Part shown: positions 46,215-55,296 of the stretch, piece after piece
Numbering within the stretch: position 1 is the first letter of the stretch
How the letters are laid out: the number at the start of each line of letters is the position of its first letter
Origin: a virus
Lineage: Duplodnaviria > Caudoviricetes
Length of the DNA: 64,000 nucleotides
Reading direction: 5' to 3' (one strand)
IMG/VR virus record: IMGVR_UViG_3300022719_000035
Span: 2,776-66,775 of that record
The notes under the pieces: generated by a model
What the model was told of the DNA's origin: nothing
Databases searched by the model: none
What the model saw: only the letters and a program-made list of their open reading frames with translations
Made by a program: the position numbers and the translations under genes

Positions 46215-46759
46215 GAGTATTAGGCATTGATCCTGGTGTTACTGGTGCATTTGCAGTTGTTGAAGGCTCGGTTGTTGATAGCGCGAATCGAGTAATCATA
46301 GAGATCCTGGATGCACCATGGGAGTTTGAAAAGAAAGGCAGCGCAAAGAAGCGCGTAAATTTACCGCTATATGTAGACATGTTGCGCGGGTTGATTGAGC
46401 GCACTGATCCGGATCTTGCAGTAGTTGAGTTGATTACTGGACGCACTGTACGCGGTACTGTTGCTACATGTAAGTTGTGCGGCTCATTCGTTGCGGCGCA
46501 AGTACTAGCGATTGCTTGCGATATTCCGTACACAACACCGCCGGCCGCATATTGGAAGAAAAGCTTTAGCTTGCTTAGGTCAACTAAATTGGCTTCGCGC
46601 ATTCTTGTACGGCGGTTGTATCCAGATTACAGCCATAACCTGTATTCGTATATCGATAACAAAGCAGTCGATCGGGCTGAGGCTGTATTGTTAGCAACTT
46701 ATGGAGTTATTCATGCGGCTGCTATTAACAAGCGATCTGCACTTAACATCGGTAGTTGA
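46211..46759 (+). CDS. ruvC: RuvC-like Holliday junction resolvase
   Basis: VLGIDPG, AVVE, WKK and DRAEAVLLA motifs. Confidence 0.85.
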   Translation: MRVLGIDPGVTGAFAVVEGSVVDSANRVIIEILDAPWEFEKKGSAKKRVNLPLYVDMLRGLIERTDPDLAVVELITGRTVRGTVATCKLCGSFVAAQVLAIACDIPYTTPPAAYWKKSFSLLRSTKLASRILVRRLYPDYSHNLYSYIDNKAVDRAEAVLLATYGVIHAAAINKRSALNIGS

Positions 46760-47741
46760 AGATGAATACAGATGGGAATTTCTCGAATGGTTGCTTAGCG
46801 AAATAGTTCCAAGCGTTGATATGGTGTTTGTACTCGGCGATTTAACAGACGCAAAGGATAAGCACCCTGCAGCGTTAGTAGCGCGTGTGACGGATTATGT
46901 TGTGCGGTTTGCGAAACAATGTCCGTTATTCATCTTGAAAGGCAACCATGATTACATTGATCCGAGTACACCGTTTTTTGGTTTTCTTGATCATGTGCAT
47001 CGTCGTGCAACGTTTGTTGTTAAGCCGCATTATGTAGATTTAGGCTCTCGGCGCAATGGTATATGGTTGCTGCCGCACACGCGCGATAAAGCGAACGATT
47101 GGTGCGCTGAATATTTTCAATCGCGCTACACATTCATCCATGAGTGCGTAGTAGGTGCGCGCGCGAGTAACGGCGTGCGAATGCAAGCAGGAGTCGAACC
47201 GCAGTATTTTAAGAATGCACGCGCTAGGATTTTCTCTGGCGATATTCATGTGCCGCAGCGAGTTGGCAAAGTAACGTATGTCGGTGCGCCGTATCCGATT
47301 CGTTTTGGCGATACGTATGCACCGCGCGTTATTTTGCTCGACACAAAAGCAAAGACGATGCGCAGCGTTGCGATTCCAAATTCTGTACGCAAATGCTCTT
47401 TGCATATTCGATCAGTTAAGGATTTGAGTAGCGCAGATTTGCGCGCTGGCGATCATGTGAAAGTCAAGTATATCGGTCGCAAAGGTCAAACTGTCGATTG
47501 GGCTACAGTCTCAGAGCAAGTAGCAAGCGTTGTAGAGCACGCAGGGGCGCATTTGCGCGCACTTACATACGAGACTCGGCAGCGCGTGCGCTTATTGCAG
47601 CACAAGCGCACAGAGTCGCTTAGCGGCGATGATTTCTCTGCGCTTGAACGGCATATACAGACAGCCGGCGCAGATGAGATAACTGCAGAAGAAGGGCGCA
47701 AGTTAATGGAGAGCCGCACCGATGCGCCTGTTGAAGATTGA
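46713..47741 (+). CDS. Metallophosphoesterase nuclease (SbcD/Mre11/gp47-like)
   Basis: SDLH, LGDLTD, GNHD and GDIH motifs; GGAG before ATG 46713. Confidence 0.9.
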   Translation: MRLLLTSDLHLTSVVEDEYRWEFLEWLLSEIVPSVDMVFVLGDLTDAKDKHPAALVARVTDYVVRFAKQCPLFILKGNHDYIDPSTPFFGFLDHVHRRATFVVKPHYVDLGSRRNGIWLLPHTRDKANDWCAEYFQSRYTFIHECVVGARASNGVRMQAGVEPQYFKNARARIFSGDIHVPQRVGKVTYVGAPYPIRFGDTYAPRVILLDTKAKTMRSVAIPNSVRKCSLHIRSVKDLSSADLRAGDHVKVKYIGRKGQTVDWATVSEQVASVVEHAGAHLRALTYETRQRVRLLQHKRTESLSGDDFSALERHIQTAGADEITAEEGRKLMESRTDAPVED

Positions 47742-49608
47742 AGGCGCGAATTTTAAAAGTCTGCGTGATCCGTTTGCATTTGAGTTTCCGAAAGCGTCTG
47801 GGCTGTACTTCATGCATGGCGAGAACCGCCAATCGCCTGCAATGGGCGCAAACGCTGCAGGCAAATCAACGCTATGGGACGCTGTAACTTGGACTCTTTA
47901 CGGCAGGACACTGCGCGGCTTGAAAGCGAGCAATCTCGTTTCATGGGGCAGCAGCAAATCGCGGCGCAGTAGCAGTAAGTATTGGGTACGTGCACAGCTA
48001 GCATTGTCTGGGCAGATCGTTACTATCATGCGGCAGCAAACGCCAAATAAAATATTGCTGCAAGTTGGCGAAGGTCCAGAAATTGAAGTCAATCAAGACG
48101 GGCTTGAAGCCATCGGGCTACTGCCGTATCAGCAATACACTAACGCGCTTGTGTTTGCACAGTTTGGTTCGATGTTCTTAACGCTGCAAGCCAGTAATAA
48201 GATGGCGCTGTTTTCTGAATTGCTTGGCCTTGATGACTGGCTCGCGCGCAGTCGCAATGCAGGAAAAGTTGCGCAACAGTATTCAGATAGCTTGCGCGAC
48301 GCAGCCGCGTATGTGCGACAAGCAAAAGCGAAGCTAGTTGATTTACAAGATCGACTAGATGACTTGATCGCAAGCTCTAACGAATGGAAAGCCGCGCGCA
48401 AGAAAGAACAGGATCGACGTGATCGTGAGTTAGTACGCTTAGGTGAGCGTAAGCGCAAATTGCGTATCGAAGAAAAACATGTACTAGCACATCTGCAATC
48501 ACTCGGCGATCAACTGCGCGAAGCGCAAGCGCAAAAGCAGCATGCAGATCAAGATGTGAAGTATTGGGACGCACAGCTAAGCGAAAAGAAAAAGAAAGTA
48601 ATCGCAGAAGAATCAGAGATCATATCGCTTGAACGTAAACTGCCTTGGCTCGAAGAAGCAGCCATAGTGCGTAATGCAGTGTTGTGTCCAACATGTAATC
48701 GGATATTGACCCAAAAAGCTGCAAAGAAAGCTATTGAGCGCGTTAGAAAGTTTATTGCAGATACTACGATTTCTACTGCGCCGTTACGCGCAGCGCGTGA
48801 TGAGGCTGAAGATGGCTATATCGCTGCGAAAGATGCGCAGCAGAAAGCAGCGAATGAGTTGCAGCGCGTGCGAGAATTGATGCGCGATAAAGAATCGGAC
48901 AGAAAGTCACTGCAGCGCACACTAGAAAACGTAATAGAAGATATACGCACAGTGTCATCGTCTGCAGTAGAACGGAATCCTTTCATAAAGCGTATTAAGA
49001 CAGTGCGTGATCGAATTCAAACGGCTGAAAAATATGTAGCTGCAAAAGCGCGACAAGTGCAGTACATAGAACGCCGCGTACAAGGCGCTAAGTATTGGGT
49101 CCAAGGCTTCAAGGATATTCGGCTGCAATTGACTTCAGAGTTTCTCGTTCAGTTACAAGTTGAGATCAATCGATTGCTGCCAGATTTAGGCTTAGCTGAT
49201 TGGCGCGTTGTACTTGATATTGAAGCCGAGACAAAAGCGAAGACGATGCGCCGCGCATTGACGGTGCTAGTGAAAAAACCGGACTCACCAGAGCTAGTAC
49301 CGTTCGAGTCTTGGTCTGGCGGCGAATCACAGCGCTTGATTCTTGCAGGTTCGATGGGACTCTCGAATCTCGTACTAGCGCGGTATGGTTTATCTAAGCC
49401 GATTGAAGTTTGGGACGAACCGTCTTCCTATCTTTCTGAGCACGGTATTTTGGATTTGCTAGAAATGCTCAAACTGCGCGCGCGCACTGAGCGTAAGCAG
49501 ATTTGGATCGTTGATCATCGCACGCTTGAATTCGGTGGCTTTGCTGGCGTGCTAACAGCAGTCAAAGATACAACTGGCAATACTTTCTTGGAATACAGCG
49601 ATGAATGA
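47722..49608 (+). CDS. SMC-like ATPase (SbcC/Rad50/gp46-like)
   Basis: NAAGKS Walker A, coiled coil, CPTC hook, SGGE signature, DEP Walker B. Confidence 0.92.
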   Translation: MRLLKIEGANFKSLRDPFAFEFPKASGLYFMHGENRQSPAMGANAAGKSTLWDAVTWTLYGRTLRGLKASNLVSWGSSKSRRSSSKYWVRAQLALSGQIVTIMRQQTPNKILLQVGEGPEIEVNQDGLEAIGLLPYQQYTNALVFAQFGSMFLTLQASNKMALFSELLGLDDWLARSRNAGKVAQQYSDSLRDAAAYVRQAKAKLVDLQDRLDDLIASSNEWKAARKKEQDRRDRELVRLGERKRKLRIEEKHVLAHLQSLGDQLREAQAQKQHADQDVKYWDAQLSEKKKKVIAEESEIISLERKLPWLEEAAIVRNAVLCPTCNRILTQKAAKKAIERVRKFIADTTISTAPLRAARDEAEDGYIAAKDAQQKAANELQRVRELMRDKESDRKSLQRTLENVIEDIRTVSSSAVERNPFIKRIKTVRDRIQTAEKYVAAKARQVQYIERRVQGAKYWVQGFKDIRLQLTSEFLVQLQVEINRLLPDLGLADWRVVLDIEAETKAKTMRRALTVLVKKPDSPELVPFESWSGGESQRLILAGSMGLSNLVLARYGLSKPIEVWDEPSSYLSEHGILDLLEMLKLRARTERKQIWIVDHRTLEFGGFAGVLTAVKDTTGNTFLEYSDE

Positions 49609-49891
49609 TAAAGCTAAGCGCGTACAGATCCGTAGTGCCAAGCGCCGCGTATCGATTCGTAACTGGACGAAAGTCGATCAGCAGTATGAAGCAGCGCGCC
49701 GCTTGATTCGGCAGCGCGAGAAAAAGCTAGTACAGCTAGAGCTTGGCACTGCTGTGTATAGCGTGCCGTATGGTGTTGCTGCGTATGTTATCGAATTGCA
49801 TCAAGAGAATTACGCACTCAGTACACGCATAAGACAGGATCAGCGCATCGTTAGTCAGCATATTGAGCGGCCAATACCGAGGATCAAGTAA
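49601..49891 (+). CDS. Hypothetical basic protein
   Basis: Overlaps the upstream stop; 96 aa. Confidence 0.55.
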   Translation: MNDKAKRVQIRSAKRRVSIRNWTKVDQQYEAARRLIRQREKKLVQLELGTAVYSVPYGVAAYVIELHQENYALSTRIRQDQRIVSQHIERPIPRIK

Positions 49892-50127
49892 TGCGTTGTC
49901 CAGTATGTCAGAGCAAAACGCGCGTAATCTATTCGCGCTTTTCAAAGCGCGAGCACATGACGCGCAGAGGCCGAAGATGCGTCGATCCTGCGTGTAACTA
50001 TCGATTCAAAACTCGTGAAGGCTTAGCTGCGTACATTCGCGCGTTAGTTGCGTTGCATAAACTTGTAGATGATCTTGATACGCGCTTTGCGCAATGGAAG
50101 GAGAAACTACTTGATAAGAAAACGTAG
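49891..50127 (+). CDS. NrdR-N/Ogr-like Zn-ribbon protein
   Basis: MRCPVC...TRVIYSR...RRGRRC...C..RFKTRE; no ATP-cone. Confidence 0.7.
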   Translation: MRCPVCQSKTRVIYSRFSKREHMTRRGRRCVDPACNYRFKTREGLAAYIRALVALHKLVDDLDTRFAQWKEKLLDKKT

Positions 50128-50509
50128 TGTTGTATCAGAACTCAGTAGAGCAGAGTTAGAAGCTTTTGCTGAGTATGCACAGCACCGGATTATGGATCTA
50201 GAGCATGTAGCAACACTTATCTTAAAAGCTTATGGAGGCTTCTATCGACAACGCAAAGACAACTTAACTACTGTGTCGCATTATGTGCCGGCTTCTGCGA
50301 TGATCGAATCTAAGGATATGCAAGTTGTCGAAGATGTACTGAATCACAAAGCAGGCAGATCAATCGTTGATCCAAACTGGCAAAATACACGCAAGAAATT
50401 ACTCGGTCCGTTTCGGATCCGAATTAAACCAGCAGGCTTATTTAGCGGGAGAACAAAATGGCGCACTTCGAGCAAGATGCAACGAACGAAACAGAGCAGT
50501 TCATACTAA
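50111..50509 (+). CDS. Hypothetical protein
   Basis: AAGGAG before TTG 50111. Confidence 0.5.
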   Translation: MIRKRSVVSELSRAELEAFAEYAQHRIMDLEHVATLILKAYGGFYRQRKDNLTTVSHYVPASAMIESKDMQVVEDVLNHKAGRSIVDPNWQNTRKKLLGPFRIRIKPAGLFSGRTKWRTSSKMQRTKQSSSY

Positions 50510-50874
50510 CGTTCAATTCAGTTTCAGAAATCATCTATCAGAACAATGAAGATAAAGGTTTCTGGAAAGACGGCCGGCATCGCAATGTGCCAGAAGCGAT
50601 CGCGCTAATGCACTCAGAACTATCAGAAGCGCTAGAAGCGTATCGCAAGAAAAACGTCAGAGATGCTTACGGCATCATAGCGTTTGAGCCGGATCATCAT
50701 GTACCGCAGTATTCAAACTTTGCAGTAGAGTTAGCAGATACCATGATCCGAATTATGGATCTGTATATTGGCCTATCTGTGTATAACGGCGTCGATTTGA
50801 AACTGCCGGAAGCACTGCTCGCAAAAATCCAGTTCAACGCAACCCGAGAGCACTTACATGGCAAGCAATTCTGA
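50458..50874 (+). CDS. MazG-like all-alpha NTP pyrophosphohydrolase
   Basis: ALMHSELSEALE...VELADTMIRIMD EXXE/EXXD motifs. Confidence 0.8.
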   Translation: MAHFEQDATNETEQFILTFNSVSEIIYQNNEDKGFWKDGRHRNVPEAIALMHSELSEALEAYRKKNVRDAYGIIAFEPDHHVPQYSNFAVELADTMIRIMDLYIGLSVYNGVDLKLPEALLAKIQFNATREHLHGKQF

Positions 50875-51127
50875 TGAGTTTGATCGCACGAACATCAGCG
50901 AAACGCTGTATGAAGTTGAGCTAGAGCTAGTCACTTGGACACGCGACGCAATCGGCTTCAAGCATCCAGATGAACGCAGCACTGAGTTGCTTTGGATTCC
51001 ATTCAGCGTAGTAAGTGATTTTGATATTGACTGGCTTGGCGACGTATTTAGCGAAGGATCTGAAGTAACGTTAAAACTACCGGAATGGTTCATTATGTCG
51101 AAGAATCTAGATCGCTACATTAGTTGA
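50858..51127 (+). CDS. Small acidic hypothetical protein
   Basis: Overlapping operon gene; WIPFS...LPEW pattern. Confidence 0.6.
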   Translation: MASNSDEFDRTNISETLYEVELELVTWTRDAIGFKHPDERSTELLWIPFSVVSDFDIDWLGDVFSEGSEVTLKLPEWFIMSKNLDRYIS

Positions 51128-51387
51128 GTGCTGCACAGATGAAGAAAAACCAGATCAACAGCACAACGAAAGCGCAGCGCGTAAGCGATCTGATTGCTTG
51201 GGCGCTCGTGTTACTAGCGTTTGCTACGCTTGGTAGCGTGCTGCGCGAGTTGGATCAGCATACCGCAGAGCCGCAGAGCCGATCCGAGCTAGTACGCGAT
51301 TGTATTGCGTATGGCCGTAAGCGCACAGAGTGCGAAGCGTTGTTTAACCTGTCAAACCAGCGAGATCAGACTGATGCCAGCTACTGA
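51124..51387 (+). CDS. Small single-TM protein
   Basis: LIAWALVLLAFATLGSVL segment. Confidence 0.5.
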   Translation: MSAAQMKKNQINSTTKAQRVSDLIAWALVLLAFATLGSVLRELDQHTAEPQSRSELVRDCIAYGRKRTECEALFNLSNQRDQTDASY

Positions 51388-52150
51388 TAAAGAAAGCAAA
51401 GCGTATATAGAGCTAGAGCAAAAGCATAAGAAGTTAAAAAAGCAACTCAAAGCACTAGAAACAAAAAACAGTCATACATTACAGCGCCGAATAACAGAGT
51501 TAGAGAAGACAAAACAAGAATTACAACGCACAAAACAAACACTAGAAGCACTGCAACAGCGTTGTAAGTACATTCGTGATGCGTACACAATACAACTTGA
51601 AGAACAGAGAAGCTTTCCGCAAAACGAGTATGTGCGCGGAATGTCGAACGGAATAATTTTCGCAGTAGCGTGTATTGATGATTTTGATCCGACTGAGTTG
51701 TATATCGGCGATCCAAAGTCAGTGCCGTTTGTGCAATTCGGCGAGCAGCACACAACAGACGGCGTAGCGCCCATATGGCGTGCACAAGAGTTGTTAGACA
51801 GCACAGATCCAGAGCCGGAACCAGAAGAAGATTTAGAAGAAGATTTAGAGCCAGTAGCCGATCCGACAGAACAAGATCCGCACGAACACGAGCAGTCAGT
51901 ACACACACGAACAGAACAAGATAAATTAGTGTCGAACGTGTACAGCCTTGGTGGCGATTTGCCGGCAAATCAAGTGCTGTATGAAGCAATGCAAAACGAG
52001 TTAGGTAATGTTGTTGTAGTAGGCTTTAGATCAAAACAAGATGCACAAGGAAACAAGTTCTATTGCGCAGCAAGTTATGCAACGCACGAGTCAGTTGTGT
52101 ATGTGCTGCAGCAAGCGAATTTGTTCGTACTAGAGCACTGTAGAAGTTAA
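51374..52150 (+). CDS. Coiled-coil/acidic-linker multidomain hypothetical protein
   Basis: N-terminal heptads, PEPEPEEDLEEDLE linker, small C-terminal domain. Confidence 0.6.
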   Translation: MPATDKESKAYIELEQKHKKLKKQLKALETKNSHTLQRRITELEKTKQELQRTKQTLEALQQRCKYIRDAYTIQLEEQRSFPQNEYVRGMSNGIIFAVACIDDFDPTELYIGDPKSVPFVQFGEQHTTDGVAPIWRAQELLDSTDPEPEPEEDLEEDLEPVADPTEQDPHEHEQSVHTRTEQDKLVSNVYSLGGDLPANQVLYEAMQNELGNVVVVGFRSKQDAQGNKFYCAASYATHESVVYVLQQANLFVLEHCRS

Positions 52151-52168
52151 ACAGAAGAGGATTAAGTC

Positions 52169-52613
52169 ATGCTAAGAAAATACGACGAAATACTTTATCG
52201 GTTGAACTGGCTACTACGTGGCGTTGAATACGCAGCAAAGTTGCCGAAAGATATACCGAATATACGCAATAATTTTCATGTGCACCGGCAAAGTGAATGG
52301 GGGCAATATTGCAGGCAGTACAGATTGCGGTACTTATGCGTGTAGACTTGGATGGGCACTGTATTTAGAAGGCTTGTGGGATTCTGAGGAATGCGGTGTG
52401 CAGCGTGCAGCAGCGTTTATTGAGATATTCAATATTGGGCTGATTAATTACTTTGGATTTAGTAGAACAGAGCAGATTATTAGTATTTTCCATAGTGACG
52501 CGCACTGCGATGCAACTGCAATAGCTACAGTGCGCGCAGCGATTAAACGCCGTGAGCAAGAAATAGCACAAGCGCAGTATGAGCAACAAGAGGCTATAGC
52601 AGTATGTTCATAG
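52169..52613 (+). pseudogene. Frameshifted gene (CGTxAC..GWA motif protein)
   Basis: GAGG-ATG 52169 frame reads MLRKYDEIL...IRNNF, while CGTYACRLGWA lies in the +1 frame; junction at the AATTTTCATG T-run. Confidence 0.5.
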
Positions 52614-52619
52614 CGCAGC

Positions 52620-53010
52620 AACCAGCACGGGTGTATAGCGTATACAGCACAACTAGTGCGTATAGCACTAGCGTGTATGATAGCGGAGTGCTGTGCACGT
52701 ATACGTATTGGAATCCAGTAACCAAGCAATGTAGTGCGTATACGCGGTATGTGTATAACCCAGACGATATAGCGCTGGTAGTGCTTGAGTAGTGTGCAGC
52801 GCAGCGGGTTGTATGCGCAGTAGGTTGTTGTGTTGTGCAGTGTTGTATTGCGCAACGAGTTGTATTGCGCTGCGCAGTGCAGCGCAACGAGTTGTATTGC
52901 GCAGTGCAGCGCAGCGGGTTGTATGCGCAGTAGGTTGTTGTGTTGTGCAGCGTAGTGCCGCGAGCGCAGCGGTCGCGCAGTAGCGCAGTAGCGGGTAATG
53001 GTTGTATTGC
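52620..53010. repeat. Low-complexity repeat tract: 47-bp x2, 21-bp x2, multiple GTTGTAT and GTATA motifs
   Basis: 47-mer at 52794-52840 and 52904-52950; GCGCAACGAGTTGTATTGCGC at 52850-52870 and 52882-52902. Confidence 0.9.
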
Positions 53011-53092
53011 AGTGTGTTATCTGTCGTAAGCGAAATAATGCTATAACTAAGCTTTGAGTTACCACCGTACAACTGTATGGAGATAAAGCGAA

Positions 53093-53512
53093 ATGCTGAA
53101 TGATTTCAAACAAGATTCGGATATGATGCTCGCGTTTGAGCAGTTAGCGGACGCATACGCAAAGATGCTGGTTAACTACACGAGTGTAACGCAGAAGATG
53201 CACACATTTCTGCGCAGCCCGCAGTTTGTAGCGAATTTAGAGCCGGGTAGTTTGCTGTACAACTACATAGAAGAGCAGCGCGCTAAACAAGCGTATGCAG
53301 ATCCAGCTACAGGTTCGGATAGTGATCCGAGAATGTTGTTGAATCTAGGCATACGTCCGGATTTCAAAGAAACAGCAGATAATGACGTGCTGTTCTACGG
53401 TTTTGAAGTAGTGCTCCATGCAAATGACGGCACAATATTAGAAACTGCTTATGTGCCGTATGTACTAGAGCACACGAACCCAGAGGGCAATCAAGATGAC
53501 ACTACGCACTGA
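53093..53512 (+). CDS. Hypothetical protein
   Basis: GGAGATAAAGCGAA-ATG. Confidence 0.65.
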   Translation: MLNDFKQDSDMMLAFEQLADAYAKMLVNYTSVTQKMHTFLRSPQFVANLEPGSLLYNYIEEQRAKQAYADPATGSDSDPRMLLNLGIRPDFKETADNDVLFYGFEVVLHANDGTILETAYVPYVLEHTNPEGNQDDTTH

Positions 53513-54011
53513 GCATGCATCAGCTATGTTATGTGTGTTGTATGGCCAGCTTTTCGATATGCGCGTGTACTGCGATTTGAACCCTACAGGCGCGCTTGTG
53601 TTGTGCTACGAGAAAGTACAACCAGACAGCGCACCGAATTTAAATGAGCGTGTATGGGCTGATCCGTTCTACTTAGGCAGGCTTGAGCGCGATCGGTTTT
53701 TGCTTGCGTTGCAGATACAGACGGCGCAAACACAAATTGAAACCAGGATCGCTGAAGCAGTTGAGCAACTGATAGTGCCGATGTTGCGCTTTACGCAAGA
53801 AAGCGAAACAGCACGAGCGTATCCGCATAATTGCTATGGCTTACCGTCAGCGGTGTATAACGTGTACGCGCGCGCAGGTTACGCTGAGTCTGTGCTCGAT
53901 TATGAGCGTAACTGCCCGCCGAAAGGCGCACGCGATTATGCAGCGCATTGGTTCAAAGCAGCGCTTGCAGAAGAGTGTCCGGAATTAGTACCGAAAGTGT
54001 TTACCGACTAA
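53496..54011 (+). CDS. Hypothetical protein
   Basis: Overlapping operon gene, 171 aa. Confidence 0.55.
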   Translation: MTLRTEHASAMLCVLYGQLFDMRVYCDLNPTGALVLCYEKVQPDSAPNLNERVWADPFYLGRLERDRFLLALQIQTAQTQIETRIAEAVEQLIVPMLRFTQESETARAYPHNCYGLPSAVYNVYARAGYAESVLDYERNCPPKGARDYAAHWFKAALAEECPELVPKVFTD

Positions 54012-54108
54012 GTATAGATACTACAAAAGCAGTGCGGTTGACAGATCAGTGCGTATCAGTATTTTAAGAGCCTATCGTACATACATTGAATTGGAGTGTA
54101 CTTCTACG

Positions 54109-54630
54109 ATGGGTAAGCAAAAACGAGTGCGCATAGCATTGCGCAACAAGAACAAGAAGCAAGCGCGCACAGAGACAGATGGCGTTGCGCAGCAAGAGCC
54201 GGCGGCACTAGGTACGATCTGTTTTGAACCGATCACTGAGATGCCGCTAGACGAATACACGATCACGCAAATCTGTTTGCAAGTGCGTGATGGCGTGCCG
54301 GCACGCGATGCAGTCTGGCTGCTCGGCTATAGCGAGAATCGGCATCACGCCTGGATGCGGCGCGGCGTTCAAGCGCGCGAGGATCTCGAAGCCGGCATGA
54401 AGCTCACGAAAGAGCAAATGGCGTTCGCAGTCTATTATCGTGAAGTCAAGAAGGCGGAAGCGTATTTCCGCCGGCGCTGTATCAATCGCAGTCTGACTGT
54501 CGATTATTTCGCAGAGACTTGGATCCGCGATATGACTATCTTAGAGCGCCGTGATAAAGAGCACTGGGGCCGCAGCAACGATACGTTGAGCCGGCCAGAA
54601 GAGTTCAAGCCGGATGATAGTTTCTTGTAA
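54109..54630 (+). CDS. terS: Terminase small subunit
   Basis: GVPARDA...W...G...EVKKAEA...W...LERR...WGR pattern typical of TerS; upstream of TerL. Confidence 0.7.
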   Translation: MGKQKRVRIALRNKNKKQARTETDGVAQQEPAALGTICFEPITEMPLDEYTITQICLQVRDGVPARDAVWLLGYSENRHHAWMRRGVQAREDLEAGMKLTKEQMAFAVYYREVKKAEAYFRRRCINRSLTVDYFAETWIRDMTILERRDKEHWGRSNDTLSRPEEFKPDDSFL

Positions 54631-54650
54631 CCGATAGAGGGCGAGTCATC

Positions 54651-55157
54651 ATGTATAAGCGCACGCGCAAGAAAGCTAGGCCGATCCCGTGGCAAAATAG
54701 GTTACTGAACTTGTTTCTTGCTATCCTTGCAAGCTGCATGATCTTTGTAACTTGTATAATGCTAGCTTTGTTTACGTACAGCGCAAAAGCAGCGCGTTTA
54801 GAACATGAAGCAACGTATCAGCAGCGCTACTGCGCAGCGCAGAATGGCGCGACAGAGCACCGCATAGTAACTGCGCACGACGGCTTGATCGGGCGCGTCG
54901 ATTGTCTGACTGAGTTCTATGCAATCGAAATGGATTTTGCCGACAAATGGGCAGAAGCCATCGGACAGTCGTTGTTCTACGCGCACTACATGCAGCGGCA
55001 AGCTGGCATTGTGCTGATCCTCGAAGCAGCAGACGATTGCCGGCATGTGCGCAAGTTGCGACAGACAATTGCAGCGCATCGATTGTGGATAGCACACTGG
55101 ACAATTGGTCCAGGTGCCGAGTTCTGCGGCTCTACTGCGCTAAAACAAAGGAGGTGA
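54651..55157 (+). CDS. PD-(D/E)XK nuclease-like protein with N-terminal membrane anchor
   Basis: RVDCLT...AIEMDF..KWAEAIGQSLFY; hydrophobic LFLAILASCMIFVTCIMLALF. Confidence 0.65.
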   Translation: MYKRTRKKARPIPWQNRLLNLFLAILASCMIFVTCIMLALFTYSAKAARLEHEATYQQRYCAAQNGATEHRIVTAHDGLIGRVDCLTEFYAIEMDFADKWAEAIGQSLFYAHYMQRQAGIVLILEAADDCRHVRKLRQTIAAHRLWIAHWTIGPGAEFCGSTALKQRR

Positions 55158-55215
55158 TCGCTTATAGAGAAATTGAAATCGATATTGGATAGGTACTCCC
55201 TGTAGTTGAGCTTTC

Positions 55216-55250
55216 AGCCGGGCTATGCGCAATGTGTAGCCCGGCTTTTT
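55216..55250 (+). terminator. Rho-independent terminator
   Basis: AGCCGGGCTA / TAGCCCGGCT followed by TTTT. Confidence 0.75.
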
Positions 55251-55296
55251 AATGCACGAGCATAATCTCGGCGAACAACGCATAGGAGATCTGCAC

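Noticed and set aside
46211-46759. RNA-guided RuvC system (TnpB/TIGR-Tas-like)
   Set aside because: Only 182 aa, no Nop, HTH or Zn extension, no adjacent array or ncRNA gap; sits in a recombination operon.
50458-50874. 2-aminoadenine (Z) or other hypermodified-base pathway
   Set aside because: No PurZ, DatZ, Que/Dpd or thymidylate-synthase-like genes recognised; MazG alone is insufficient.
52794-52950. CRISPR-like array
   Set aside because: Only two copies per repeat, no series of unique equal-length spacers, no cas genes.
55148-55159. 12-nt perfect anti-Shine-Dalgarno complement AAGGAGGTGATC
   Set aside because: Only ~10-12-codon ORFs follow; overlaps the end of the nuclease gene; probably chance or a relic.
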